DNA of 25,265 bases from Thermoproteota archaeon (GCA_027491395.1 JAOZFI010000044.1:1-25265); one strand, 5' to 3'; shown: positions 1-8,881, counted from the first letter of the stretch. Made by a program: numbers and translations. Notes: generated by a model from the letters alone, not told the origin.

Positions 1-469
1 CTCTGAGAAGTACTGGGATGCCATTGAACCCCTCATCAGGAACTTACCCATCCTGTTTTCAAGTATTCGCCTGAACTCGGCTGCGATTTTCCTCCAAGAG
101 GTTAAGAGCTCATCCTGATCATGGGAACTCAACCGAACCGGTGCGATCAACCTGTATGAGGAGAGGCCAAACCCATAGGACTCTATTAGGAGCTTTGGAG
201 GGGATATCATCGACGCGCGCGCGGGAAGGCGCCGCAGGTATGCCATAAGGGTTCTCATCCGATCTTTCATTTCTTCCACCGCGAAGCGAAAGTTTGGGGG
301 GCAAGGTGGTCACATGCTGAACTGGATTCACCGCCTCTTGCCCATCTGAGGGTGTGGCCCTCAGTATACCGTGCCAGTAAGGTGGATGAACGCGCGCCAT
401 CCTTACTCCTCCTTCGGTCTGCACACGCCTCGGAAGCTGAAGGGCCCTAGCTCTAGGCTAATCCATGAA

Positions 470-870
470 TCTTTCAGTGCAAACGAAGTGAACAGACGTC
501 AACCCCCTCCCCACAGCCTCCCTGATGGCCTGCTCGAGAGAATTCTGAGATTCCTCAGGTCGGGAGCGGGAATCACCCTCCGGATCAGCTCCACCGAGCT
601 CTTCCTCAGGACATCGATGGGCCCTCCCCGCTCATCCGTCCATCTCGCCCCCCTTGGAAGGGATTTTTCCGTCTCCCTAGTTACTGATGCTAGCTCCAAG
701 ACCACGCCATTAGCGACGCAGATGTGCCCGCATACCCTCGATAGGCACACTGGATTATCAAGGTGAGACTTCATACAGCTCCCATCAGGATCTGTATCTC
801 AACCCATCGAATAGATCTTGATCACCTTCCGACGATCCATTCTCCACTCTCAGCTCTCACCCTTTCTCCT
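470..870 (-). pseudogene. Decayed fragment of a YtcJ-like amidohydrolase 3 family gene
   Basis: Switching frames on the minus strand gives GEWIVGR / DQDLFDGLRYRS*WELYEVSP / DNPVCLSRVCGHICVANGVVLELA...ELIRRVIP / SLEQAIREAVGRGLTSVHF. This follows the family motif order W-I-x-G-x-G-W-D-Q...D-x-P-V...R-x-C-G-H...N...G-L-T-S-V-H. At least three frameshifts and one in-frame stop; boundaries approximate. Confidence 0.7.
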
Positions 871-1115
871 ACAGTGTTCTTGACAACGTGACGTTACATC
901 AGAAGTGCTTACCCAAGGAATCAAGTCTCCTAAAGACCCCTCAACCGCTTGGAATAGTAACTACGTAACCAGCAATAAACTAGTGTAGAGGAGGTCAGGG
1001 AGACTCTCCGATCAATCACAATTTTTAACTCGGAATGTCCATACTCACCTCAGGCATTATAACTACCCACTCATCCACCTCATTTAAGCGCTCAGTTCAG
1101 TCATTTTTCATTAGA

Positions 1116-1137
1116 GATCACGAAAAGGAGTTGAGAG
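1116..1137 (+). repeat. Degenerate CRISPR-repeat-like unit upstream of the TA operon
   Basis: GATCACGAAAAGGAGTTGAGAG matches 2146..2167 (GATCCCAAAAGGGAATTGAAAG) at 17 of 22 positions without gaps. A TTTAAG box lies at 1083..1088. Confidence 0.4.
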
Positions 1138-1273
1138 ATAATGGGCGGTGCTGTGGTCGTGACCAGCTGCCACTATGAAGCTCCTCGTTTAGCTCGAAGC
1201 CTTAAGAACATTATCATATACTGATTGGAATAGTCTATAAGGATCCTCCTATACTGCTGCTGGGGGAGACCCG

Positions 1274-1501
1274 TTGGCGAAAGATGAGAAAAGGGTAGTG
1301 ATAGACCCCAAAATTATGGGAGGCAAACCCGTAATAAGGGGCACGAGAATTCCGGTATATTTCATATTAGAGCTGCTGTCTAATGGATGGACTGTAGAGG
1401 CCATCTTGGGAGAATATCCGCACCTAACGAGGGAGGATGTACTGGCTGCTATTAAATATGCGGCAAAGGTCTTGAGGGAGGAAGTCGTTGTCGAAGCCTA
1501 A
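1274..1501 (+). CDS. DUF433 family antitoxin (VapB45-like)
   Basis: IDPKIMGGKPVIRGTRIPVYFILELLSNGWTVEAILGEYPHLTREDVLAAIKYA is the typical DUF433 signature. TTG start with a GGGGGAG RBS. Confidence 0.93.
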   Translation: MAKDEKRVVIDPKIMGGKPVIRGTRIPVYFILELLSNGWTVEAILGEYPHLTREDVLAAIKYAAKVLREEVVVEA

Positions 1502-1847
1502 AATTCTAGCAGACGAAAATATACCTAGAACCACCGTGATTCTGCTTAGAGAAGGAGGATACGATATAGTATCGATTCAGGAGCTCAGACCTGGCATGAG
1601 CGACGAGGAAGTGGCGGAGCTGGCCATAAAGGAGTCGAGAATTATAATAACGTTCGACAAAGACTTTGGAAGACGAGCACTCTTAAAACCCAATATCCCC
1701 GGTGTGATTTTACTCAGAATACGACCAATAAGCCCCGCATACATTGCTGAGAGGATACTCTCAGCGTTGAGCGGTGTAAACGATCCCTACGGAAGGTTGA
1801 TTATAATTAGGAAGAAGACTGTAAAGATATTTACGATACATCAATGA
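1488..1847 (+). CDS. DUF5615/Mut7-like PIN domain toxin (VapC45-like)
   Basis: ILADEN...GMSDEEVAELAIKESRIIITFDKDFG...GVILLR retains the acidic PIN residues. Overlaps the antitoxin 3' end by 14 nt. Confidence 0.92.
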   Translation: MSKPKILADENIPRTTVILLREGGYDIVSIQELRPGMSDEEVAELAIKESRIIITFDKDFGRRALLKPNIPGVILLRIRPISPAYIAERILSALSGVNDPYGRLIIIRKKTVKIFTIHQ

Positions 1848-2076
1848 TACCCTTGGATGCCGAAGAGATCACTGCTAATGGATGTTAGATCTTCATCAAC
1901 CCTTAGCACGCGAATATCTTATCAGCGGCTATTTCAGTTCGGGCTAGTGGTTGTAGACTCCTTATTCATATGATAAACTAGTTTTTAAGGGATGATAGTA
2001 AAGGAAGGAGGAGAAGGGCATAAGGTCAACGATAATGGGAGATACTGGAGAAGTTATAGCATTTAGGAGGCGATGG

Positions 2077-2167
2077 TGCAGTCATGTCTAGGGAGTTGAA
2101 ACAACATCTAACGGAAGATAATGTCCTCATGCAGATGTGCAACTGGATCCCAAAAGGGAATTGAAAG
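2077..2167 (+). CRISPR. CRISPR remnant or mini-array: one near-canonical repeat (~2143..2167) preceded by a degenerate repeat ending at 2102
   Basis: ATCCCAAAAGGGAATTGAAAG differs from the 3' 20 nt of the Sulfolobus-type repeat GATTAATCCCAAAAGGAATTGAAAG by one extra G. AGGGAGTTGAAAC (ends 2102) matches AGGGAATTGAAAG (ends 2167) at 11 of 13 positions, a 65-nt period. Confidence 0.5.
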
Positions 2168-2417
2168 ATGTACCGTATAAGACCGTTCGACAGTGAGAGC
2201 TAACGTGCGGTCTACGTTAGTTTCAGGATCCTGCAAGAATGAATCTCACAGGCTAGGTCTGATTCACCTGCGACCCATCAGCCACTGTAACTATGTCTGT
2301 GTGTCGACCGCTCTTGGCATCTGCGGGTTGAAACTACTAGAGCTTAGTTACACTCACAAATGCGCGATCGCATGTAGAAATGGATCATCTTTATCTGACA
2401 TATCGGGTTGAACGCGC

Positions 2418-3179
2418 ATGCGTTACTTCAGTGATTACTCCCTGCTGGCCCCTCTCGGCCTGAGCCCTCCCATCGTTACGGAGCTGATCCAGTACCTGGA
2501 CTGGCAGTACAGCATGAAGCCCAAAACCGTGGAACTGATCCTCACAAGGGATAAGCGCGTTCAGGAGGGTGCTAAACTCGTTGAGGTGGCCGTGAAGGAC
2601 AGATATCCTAAGGCTGAGGTGGTCAGCCTTACTCTGGACTACGAGGACATCGTTAATGAGAATGTGGCATTCGATTTCATGAGAATAGCTGCCTCCGAGA
2701 TGGCCAGACTGGAGAAGCCAGTCTACCTACTCATCTCAGGGGGGAGGAAGAACGTCTCGGTGGAGGTGGCCCTTCTGGGACAGGTGCTCGCGGTATCCGG
2801 TATCTACCATGTGGTCGTGCCAGATGTGAGGGGGGTTAACATCGAGTTAGAGAGGCTGAGACCAAAGATAGAGGAACTCGCCTCCTCGGGTGATCCCCTC
2901 AGCTATTACAGGGAGAATGAGGAGCTGCAGAACCTCATGTATCCCCCGATGACCTACAACGTGATGAGGGTACCCATGCTCCCACTGCCTTACTCGATAG
3001 TCAGGAGGGTGGCGAGGATCCTCGGCGAGAGAGGCAGCAGGTCCGAACTTGAGGATCTTGGGGAGGACTACATAGCTGCCCTCAGGTTCTCGAGCCTTAT
3101 ACAGGTATCCGGAGGCAGGATCATACCCACCGACTTGGGTAGGGTGATAGGAGAGGCTATGAGGGAGGCTGTGGAGTGA
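2418..3179 (+). CDS. CRISPR-associated CARF protein, Crn1/Csx14-like (candidate ring nuclease) with C-terminal winged-helix-like extension
   Basis: LLAPLGLSPPIVTE (G-x-S-P motif), LDYEDI and YLLISGGRKNVSV (GGRK motif) resemble Sso2081/Crn1-type CARF proteins. The C-terminal LIQVSGGRIIPTDLGR resembles a wHTH wing. Confidence 0.85.
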   Translation: MRYFSDYSLLAPLGLSPPIVTELIQYLDWQYSMKPKTVELILTRDKRVQEGAKLVEVAVKDRYPKAEVVSLTLDYEDIVNENVAFDFMRIAASEMARLEKPVYLLISGGRKNVSVEVALLGQVLAVSGIYHVVVPDVRGVNIELERLRPKIEELASSGDPLSYYRENEELQNLMYPPMTYNVMRVPMLPLPYSIVRRVARILGERGSRSELEDLGEDYIAALRFSSLIQVSGGRIIPTDLGRVIGEAMREAVE

Positions 3180-3521
3180 ACTGGCGTGCCAGAGAGCCTC
3201 CCGCTGGCGCGGGGATAACCGGACAGGACCGGATTCGACCTGCAAGTCGTTGAACCGATCCTCTCGGGTCTGAGGAGGGATCGAGCTTCCCGCTTAATGA
3301 TTCTCAATTTATGGGTTCACGGGTTTTAATCCGAAAGGCGATCGTTCCGGAAGGCTACCCCCTGCACCCCGGCAATCGCGTATCTCCTGAGCGGAACGGT
3401 CACCATCACTCAATAAATTTAAGATAGGGGCCCAATTTGTATGTAATTGTGGATCAATTTTCCCATTAATCTGGAAACTACTTTAATTGAAACAGTTGTG
3501 CCGACTGGCATGGTGAGCCGG

Positions 3522-4065
3522 ATGAATAAAACTGCTTTGGCAGGTGTTATTCTCGTAGTAGGCCTCCTGATCGGCATAGGAATCGGATACTTCCTCTACT
3601 ATCCGCAGGGAGGCCCGATCACGAAGACCGTCACGAAGACCGTCACGAAGCCGGTAACGAAAACCACGACGGCAACGCAGGTTCAAACGCAAACGGTACG
3701 CGTTGAGGAAAAGTACACCATACTCCTGTCGTATGATCCCAAGGTGGGCCTCTACCTGACCGACTCCAAGGGCATGACCCTCTACTTCTTCGCCAAGGAC
3801 GTGAACGGCACCTCCGCATGCTACGGCGACTGCGCGAAGAGGTGGCCGGTGTTCGCTCCCAAACCCACGACTAACTTCGTGATACCATCCGTGTTAAACA
3901 TCACCGACTTCAACTTCATCGTAAGGGACGACGGGAATGTTCAGGTCACCTACAAGGGACACCCCCCTCTATTACTGGATAAACGATACGACCAGAGGAG
4001 ATACCAAGGGACACGGCATCAAGGGAGTTTGGTTCGTAGCCAGCATATCGGGTGAACTACCCTAA
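3522..4065 (+). pseudogene. Membrane-anchored COG4315/Lipoprotein_15 (Yx[FWY]xxD repeat) protein, frameshifted by one extra C
   Basis: N-terminal TM helix, Thr-rich linker, then LTDSKGMTLYFFAKD...CYGDCAKRWP...QVTYKGHP. Removing one C from the C6 run at 3962..3967 restores LYYWINDTTRGDTKGHGIKGVWFVASISGELP*. Probable start is ATG 3522. Confidence 0.85.
3621..3668 (+). repeat. 12-bp tandem coding repeat (TKTV-type linker)
   Basis: ACGAAGACCGTC twice, then ACGAAGCCGGTA and ACGAAAACCACG. Confidence 0.85.
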
Positions 4066-4084
4066 AGAGAGAAATAACCCCCGT

Positions 4085-4096
4085 TCCCTCTTTTTT
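4085..4096 (+). terminator. Oligo-T archaeal terminator candidate
   Basis: Pyrimidine tract ending in T6 (4091..4096), about 25 nt after the restored stop codon at 4065. Confidence 0.5.
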
Positions 4097-4278
4097 GAGA
4101 TCCGTGGTTTAGAGGTTGAGGCGCGCGGACATTCGCCGCCATGATCCCCCGGATGGAGATCATCCACAGCTGTCCCGAGCTGGAATGCTACACGCGAAAG
4201 CTAGCAGAGCATCGAGCTGCTTTCGAATCTCGCGCCAGCGATCTCGATGCTTCTACCTTCCTTGCGAGCGACGAACAC

Positions 4279-4303
4279 TTTAAATTGATGCCGATCGGCT
4301 CAA
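4279..4303 (+). promoter_or_regulatory. treT promoter: TATA box with adjacent palindromic operator candidate
   Basis: TTTAAA at 4279..4284 is directly followed by TTGA-T-GCCGATCGGC-TCAA, with a perfect 10-bp palindromic core at 4290..4299. Confidence 0.5.
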
Positions 4304-4322
4304 TGATCTCCGAGGGAATCTC

Positions 4323-5537
4323 ATGGTCACCTTGAGTGATTACAGACCCTTCTTAGATTTGAGAGAGATCAAGGAGATCGAGGAAGCCGCTAACAACCTA
4401 AGAGGGAGGGAGATAGTCCACATCAACGCCACCAGGTACGGTGGAGGGGTTGCAGAGATGCTGAGGAGCTTGGTCCCCCTCCTGAGGTCCCTAGGACTGA
4501 GGGCCCGGTGGGATGTGCTGGAAGGTGACGATAGATTCTTCGAGATAACCAAGAGGATCCACAACTCCCTCCAAGGAAACTTGGAGCTGGAGTTCACCCC
4601 GGAGATGTGGTCCCACTACTTGGAGGTGAACAGGAGGAACTCCGCGAGGTTCGAGGAGGGTGACTTCACGTTCGTTCACGATCCTCAACCTCTTCCACTA
4701 GTAGAGGGTCGGGGGGACGGTATCTGGATATGGAGATGTCACATTGATCCCTCCAGAGGCAACCCGTCGGTCCTGAAGTTCCTCAGCAGGTACATTGAGA
4801 GGTACGACGCCCTGATATTCTCGCTAGAGGACTACATAATCCCGCTGGGCAGGACCTACGTGGTCCATCCCACGATAGATCCCCTCTCGGAGAAGAACAG
4901 GGACATGAAACCCTCCGAGGTCGAGGGCGTGCTGGAGAAACACGGGATAGATCCGGACAGGCCCATAATCGGGCAGGTATCGAGGTACGATCCCTGGAAG
5001 GACCCGTTAGGCGTGATTCGTGTGTATAGGAGGGTCAAGGAGAGAATTGGGGAAGTTCAGCTGGTAATGGTGGGTTCCTCCGCCTCGGACGATCCCGAGA
5101 GTAGTGAGTGGTACGAGCTGACGAGCAGGGAGGCAGAGGGATTGAGGGATGTCCATCTGCTGACTGATCTCCCGGACATCGAGGTTAACGCCATACAGAG
5201 GTCGTATCAAGTTGCCCTCCAGCTGTCGACGAGGGAGGGTTTCGGGTTGACGGTCACAGAGGCCATGTGGAAGGGCGTCCCCGTTGTGGCGAGACCGTCC
5301 GGGGGCATAAAGCTGCAGGTCATCGATGGGATCACGGGGTTCCTCGCTAGCGACCTCGATGACGCTGCATCCAAGGTCGTCTACCTGATGAAGAGGCCTT
5401 GGCTGTCGAGGATCCTGGGGCAAAGTGGAAGGGAACATGTCAGGAGGAACTTCCTGATAACGAGGCTACTCGAGGATCACCTCAGGATCATGAGGGACCT
5501 CCATCAGGGAAGGGCTGGACAGGCAGGGGCCGGCTGA
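4323..5537 (+). CDS. treT: Trehalose glycosyltransferring synthase (GT4)
   Basis: HINATRYGGGVAEML, ITKRIHNSLQG, VHDPQP, WRCHID, VSRYDPWKDPLGVI and REGFGLTVTEAMWKG motifs. Confidence 0.92.
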   Translation: MVTLSDYRPFLDLREIKEIEEAANNLRGREIVHINATRYGGGVAEMLRSLVPLLRSLGLRARWDVLEGDDRFFEITKRIHNSLQGNLELEFTPEMWSHYLEVNRRNSARFEEGDFTFVHDPQPLPLVEGRGDGIWIWRCHIDPSRGNPSVLKFLSRYIERYDALIFSLEDYIIPLGRTYVVHPTIDPLSEKNRDMKPSEVEGVLEKHGIDPDRPIIGQVSRYDPWKDPLGVIRVYRRVKERIGEVQLVMVGSSASDDPESSEWYELTSREAEGLRDVHLLTDLPDIEVNAIQRSYQVALQLSTREGFGLTVTEAMWKGVPVVARPSGGIKLQVIDGITGFLASDLDDAASKVVYLMKRPWLSRILGQSGREHVRRNFLITRLLEDHLRIMRDLHQGRAGQAGAG

Positions 5538-5729
5538 GGTGACCTCCCTCACCCGCGCGTTTAATCGGATTCGCCGCCCGGAACCTGCGGGCCTGAACAA
5601 GCTAGAATGAGGATCCAATCCCTTCCGCGACGCTGAATCCGGGCCGGTGAGGCCCCTACGCTAATGCTCGTTCTCATTGGCACGATGTATGATGGATTAA
5701 TAGGCCTGGAAGGCCGGAGATGCTGGTTT

Positions 5730-6704
5730 TCACCGCGCAAATTCGAACCCTGAGCTGTCACCCCTAGGTGGCCTCAGGATCGTATCGAGAACTCCAGGCC
5801 TCCTCAATACCGAGATTGCTGCTCCCCTCAATACGGCGTCCTCGCCGCCTGTCGCGTAGTCCACTGAGGGCATCCTGTTGATCAAGTATTCGCCCACTCC
5901 CCCGAGGAAGAGCTCCACGAAATCCCTGTTGTTGAGGGCTATGCTCCCGCCGAGCACCAGCAATTCGGGATCGTACACATTGATCACCGACGATATGCCA
6001 GCTGCATTGATCTTGGCCAGCTCTGAGACGACCTCCCTGGCGAATTCGTCTCCCCCTCGCCAGAAGGAGAAAAGGGCCGACGGATCGATCTCACCCCTCA
6101 TGGCTGCTCTCCAGGCCTCGGTCCTGGCTCCGTCCCACTCTAGGGCGAGCTCTCGGGAGAATGATGGGATGGCCGAGCCGGATGCCATGGCCTCCCAGTG
6201 CCCCCTTCCCCCGCACCCGCACCTCCTGCCCCTATAGTCCAGGGTAATGTGTCCCACCTCGTGCGCGTTCCCGTCCTTTCCCAGAAGGAGGTTCCCGTTC
6301 ACGACGGCGCCAGCACCTATACCGGTGCTCAGGGTCAGGTAGACGAGGTTGTCGACCCCCCTCGTGATGTGCTCACCCCACGCCGCGGCGACGCAGTCGT
6401 TCAGCACCACCACCGGAACGGACAATCTCTCCTCGAGCGGTCCCCTCAGCGGGAAGCTTTTGATGGGGCTGTTCGACATCTTGACCACATCGCCGCTCCT
6501 CACATCTATCACGCCGGCCACCGCAACTCCAGCCCCGTCCACCTCTACCCCGAAGTCCATGGCCAGGTTGTAGATCTCCTCGGCGATCCTTAGCCTCCCC
6601 CCACTCCTCGGTGTCGTGACCTTCACTTTCCTCAGCATCTCCCCATCCCTGAAGAGGGCTACCCTGAGGTAGGTTCCGCCTACGTCAGCGGCGAGGATCC
6701 TCAT
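5730..6704 (-). CDS. ROK family sugar kinase (probable ATP-dependent glucokinase)
   Basis: ADVGGT, LNDCVAAAWGE, LTLSTGIGAG and HEVGH...CGCGGRGHWEA motifs, no N-terminal HTH. ATGA overlap with the TPS/TPP stop codon. Confidence 0.92.
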   Translation of the reverse strand: MRILAADVGGTYLRVALFRDGEMLRKVKVTTPRSGGRLRIAEEIYNLAMDFGVEVDGAGVAVAGVIDVRSGDVVKMSNSPIKSFPLRGPLEERLSVPVVVLNDCVAAAWGEHITRGVDNLVYLTLSTGIGAGAVVNGNLLLGKDGNAHEVGHITLDYRGRRCGCGGRGHWEAMASGSAIPSFSRELALEWDGARTEAWRAAMRGEIDPSALFSFWRGGDEFAREVVSELAKINAAGISSVINVYDPELLVLGGSIALNNRDFVELFLGGVGEYLINRMPSVDYATGGEDAVLRGAAISVLRRPGVLDTILRPPRGDSSGFEFAR

Positions 6705-8881
6705 TCCATATCATCCCTTCCCATCTTATTGGACCCCTCAGCCATCTTATCTAGGATCTCCATCAGATCCTCTCTCCTCCCGAGATTGTACCTGGCAGCC
6801 GTGGCCGCGTATCCTATCCTGATGGAATAGGCCCACTCTGGCAGGGCCGAGAATAGCGATTCGTCGGTGACGTCATCACCGGCAGCCAGTATGAAGTCCC
6901 ACCCACCGTCGGCTATCGTGTGGAAGAAGTTACCCTTGCTTATTCCGGCCTGCTTGACCTCCACAACCATCTTACCTGCCAGTACGCTCACGTTGATGCT
7001 GGCGGTGAGATTGATCAGGGCATGGATGAGCTCCCTCACGGCCTCCCTGGCCGTCCTTAGGTCGGCCCTCCTGTAATGCCATGCCAAGGAGAAATCCTTC
7101 TCCTCAACGAAGGATCCCGGGATCCTCCTCACGAATAAATCGAGCAGGGGCCTGATCATCTCCTTCCAAGACCTGTCTATCGGAGCGGTGGCCGTCCAAT
7201 CCCCATCGGCCTTCACCCAGCCGCCGTGCTCCGCTACTAAGGTCACCTCTAGGTCTCCGAGCCACCTCTCCAGGGAAGACCTGTCCCTCCCGCTTATCAC
7301 TACCACCTCTCCCCTCCTCGAGAGCCTCCTCAGGAGGTCCCTCACCTCATCCGTGGGCTCCGCCTCCTTGGGATCATCCACTATCGGCACGAGGGTCCCG
7401 TCGTAGTCCAGTATGAGGAGGGGATTCGCGGCCTCCCTGTAAGCCCTCACGATCTCGTTCGCCGCTTCCTCGGACAGCATCTTCACCTCGAGTTCTTTCG
7501 TCCTCTCAACAACCTCATCCAGCCTGTTCAGGAAACTATCTGCCCAGAACCTCACGTTGAACTCCCTTATCCTCTTCCTCATGGCCTCGTTTCTCCTCAT
7601 GAGTTCCTCCCTGTCCATCGTGAGTGCCTCGTTGATCGTCTCCGCGACCTCCTCTATGTTGTTCGGATTCACCTTGAAGGCCTCCAAGAGCTCCTTGGCC
7701 GCTCCCGCGGTCTCGCTTATGACAAGAGCTCCCCTCAGGTGATTCATGGACGCTAGGTACTCCTTGGCCATGAGGTTCATCCCGTCACTTATGGGCAGGA
7801 TCAGGGCCACATCGGCCGCCGAGTACAGGGCCACCAGTTCCTCGAAGCTCAGGTACCGGTACATGTACCAGACGGGCACCCACCCCAGCACCCCGTGCTT
7901 ACCGTTTATCCTCCCCACCGTCTCATCTATCTCGGCCTTGAGCTGGGAGTACCGCTCTACCTCCTCCCTAGATGGTGACACGACGAATATGTATGTAACC
8001 CTCTCTCTCCACTCCGGGTGATTGTTGAGGAACTCCTCGAAGGCCATCAGGTGGTGCAAGGGTCCCTTAGTGTAGTCTAGACGGGACATGGAGATTATTA
8101 TCCTCCTGTCGCCGACTCTCTCCCTTATCATCTCTGCCTCCCTCTTGACCTCCGGGCTCTCAGCCTTCCTCGAGAACTTCTCGAAATCTATCCCCATCGG
8201 AAAGACGTCGACCTGGACGAGCCTCCGTCCGACCTCTATGAGGCCGACCTTGTTCTCATAACCCTTTATCCTGGCCACGGCCTCTAGAAAGGCCTGAGCA
8301 TAGTCGTAGGTGTGGAAGCCCACCAGATCGGCCCCCAGAATCCCCTCAACTATCTCCTTACGCCACGGCAGGAGCCTGAATATGTCGTAGCTGGGGAATG
8401 GTATGTGGAGGAAGAACCCTATGGAAACGCCAAGGTCCCGCTCCCTCAGGATCTCGGGGAGGAGCATGAGGTGGTAGTCGTGGATCCATACCCTGTCTCC
8501 CGGCTTGGCCAGCTCCTCAACCTTATCGGCGAATATGGAATTGACCCTCCTGTAGGCCTCCCAGTCTGTCTTGGAGAAGACCGCGTAGGTCGCGAAGCCG
8601 TTGAAGAGGGGCCATATGGTCCTGTTGGAGAACCCGTGGTAGTACCCTCTGAACAGCTCCCTCGGGAGGAACACCGGGACGCAGTCGTGCTCTGCCAACA
8701 GGCCGGTCACATCCTCTATCCTCTCCGTCTCCCCCGGCCAGCCGACCCACTTAGCCCCGTACTCCCTGTAGAACGAGCCCAGGCCCGTGGCCAGCCCTCC
8801 CGTGCTGGGGATCGCTCGGTAACCTGAGGTCTTATCGATAACGGTGAGGGGCAACCTGTTTGACACGATTATGAGGGCCAA
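6701..8881 (-). CDS. tpsP: Bifunctional trehalose-6-phosphate synthase/phosphatase (GT20 + HAD)
   Basis: IVSNRLP, GGLATGL, WIHDYHL, FFLHIPFP, RLDYTKG and DGMNLMAKEY, then HAD motifs LDYDGTL, ISGRD and GDDVTDE. TTG start with a GAGGAGGT RBS. Confidence 0.95.
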   Translation of the reverse strand: MALIIVSNRLPLTVIDKTSGYRAIPSTGGLATGLGSFYREYGAKWVGWPGETERIEDVTGLLAEHDCVPVFLPRELFRGYYHGFSNRTIWPLFNGFATYAVFSKTDWEAYRRVNSIFADKVEELAKPGDRVWIHDYHLMLLPEILRERDLGVSIGFFLHIPFPSYDIFRLLPWRKEIVEGILGADLVGFHTYDYAQAFLEAVARIKGYENKVGLIEVGRRLVQVDVFPMGIDFEKFSRKAESPEVKREAEMIRERVGDRRIIISMSRLDYTKGPLHHLMAFEEFLNNHPEWRERVTYIFVVSPSREEVERYSQLKAEIDETVGRINGKHGVLGWVPVWYMYRYLSFEELVALYSAADVALILPISDGMNLMAKEYLASMNHLRGALVISETAGAAKELLEAFKVNPNNIEEVAETINEALTMDREELMRRNEAMRKRIREFNVRFWADSFLNRLDEVVERTKELEVKMLSEEAANEIVRAYREAANPLLILDYDGTLVPIVDDPKEAEPTDEVRDLLRRLSRRGEVVVISGRDRSSLERWLGDLEVTLVAEHGGWVKADGDWTATAPIDRSWKEMIRPLLDLFVRRIPGSFVEEKDFSLAWHYRRADLRTAREAVRELIHALINLTASINVSVLAGKMVVEVKQAGISKGNFFHTIADGGWDFILAAGDDVTDESLFSALPEWAYSIRIGYAATAARYNLGRREDLMEILDKMAEGSNKMGRDDME

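Noticed and set aside
1-270. Minus-strand open frame from ATG 270 (MKDRMRTLMAYLRRLPARA...) faintly like a Cmr2/Cas10 N-terminus
   Set aside because: It lacks the HD residues and uses CGG/CGC codons that are atypical of the real genes here. It cannot be supported from this fragment.
467-481. 14/15 match between minus-strand TGCACTGAAAGATTC and 16229..16243
   Set aside because: Expected by chance in 25 kb, and this copy lies at the end of the amidohydrolase remnant.
1137-2039. GATAATGGG direct repeat flanking the TA pair as a possible target-site duplication
   Set aside because: Only 9 bp, with no transposase or terminal inverted repeats.
2193-2411. 72-aa Cys-rich ORF
   Set aside because: No RBS or recognisable motif; likely spurious in repeat-remnant DNA.
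3207-3250. tRNA T-arm-like or tmRNA-like word (GGATTCGAC / GTCGAATCC)
   Set aside because: No complete T-stem, acceptor stem or anticodon arm.
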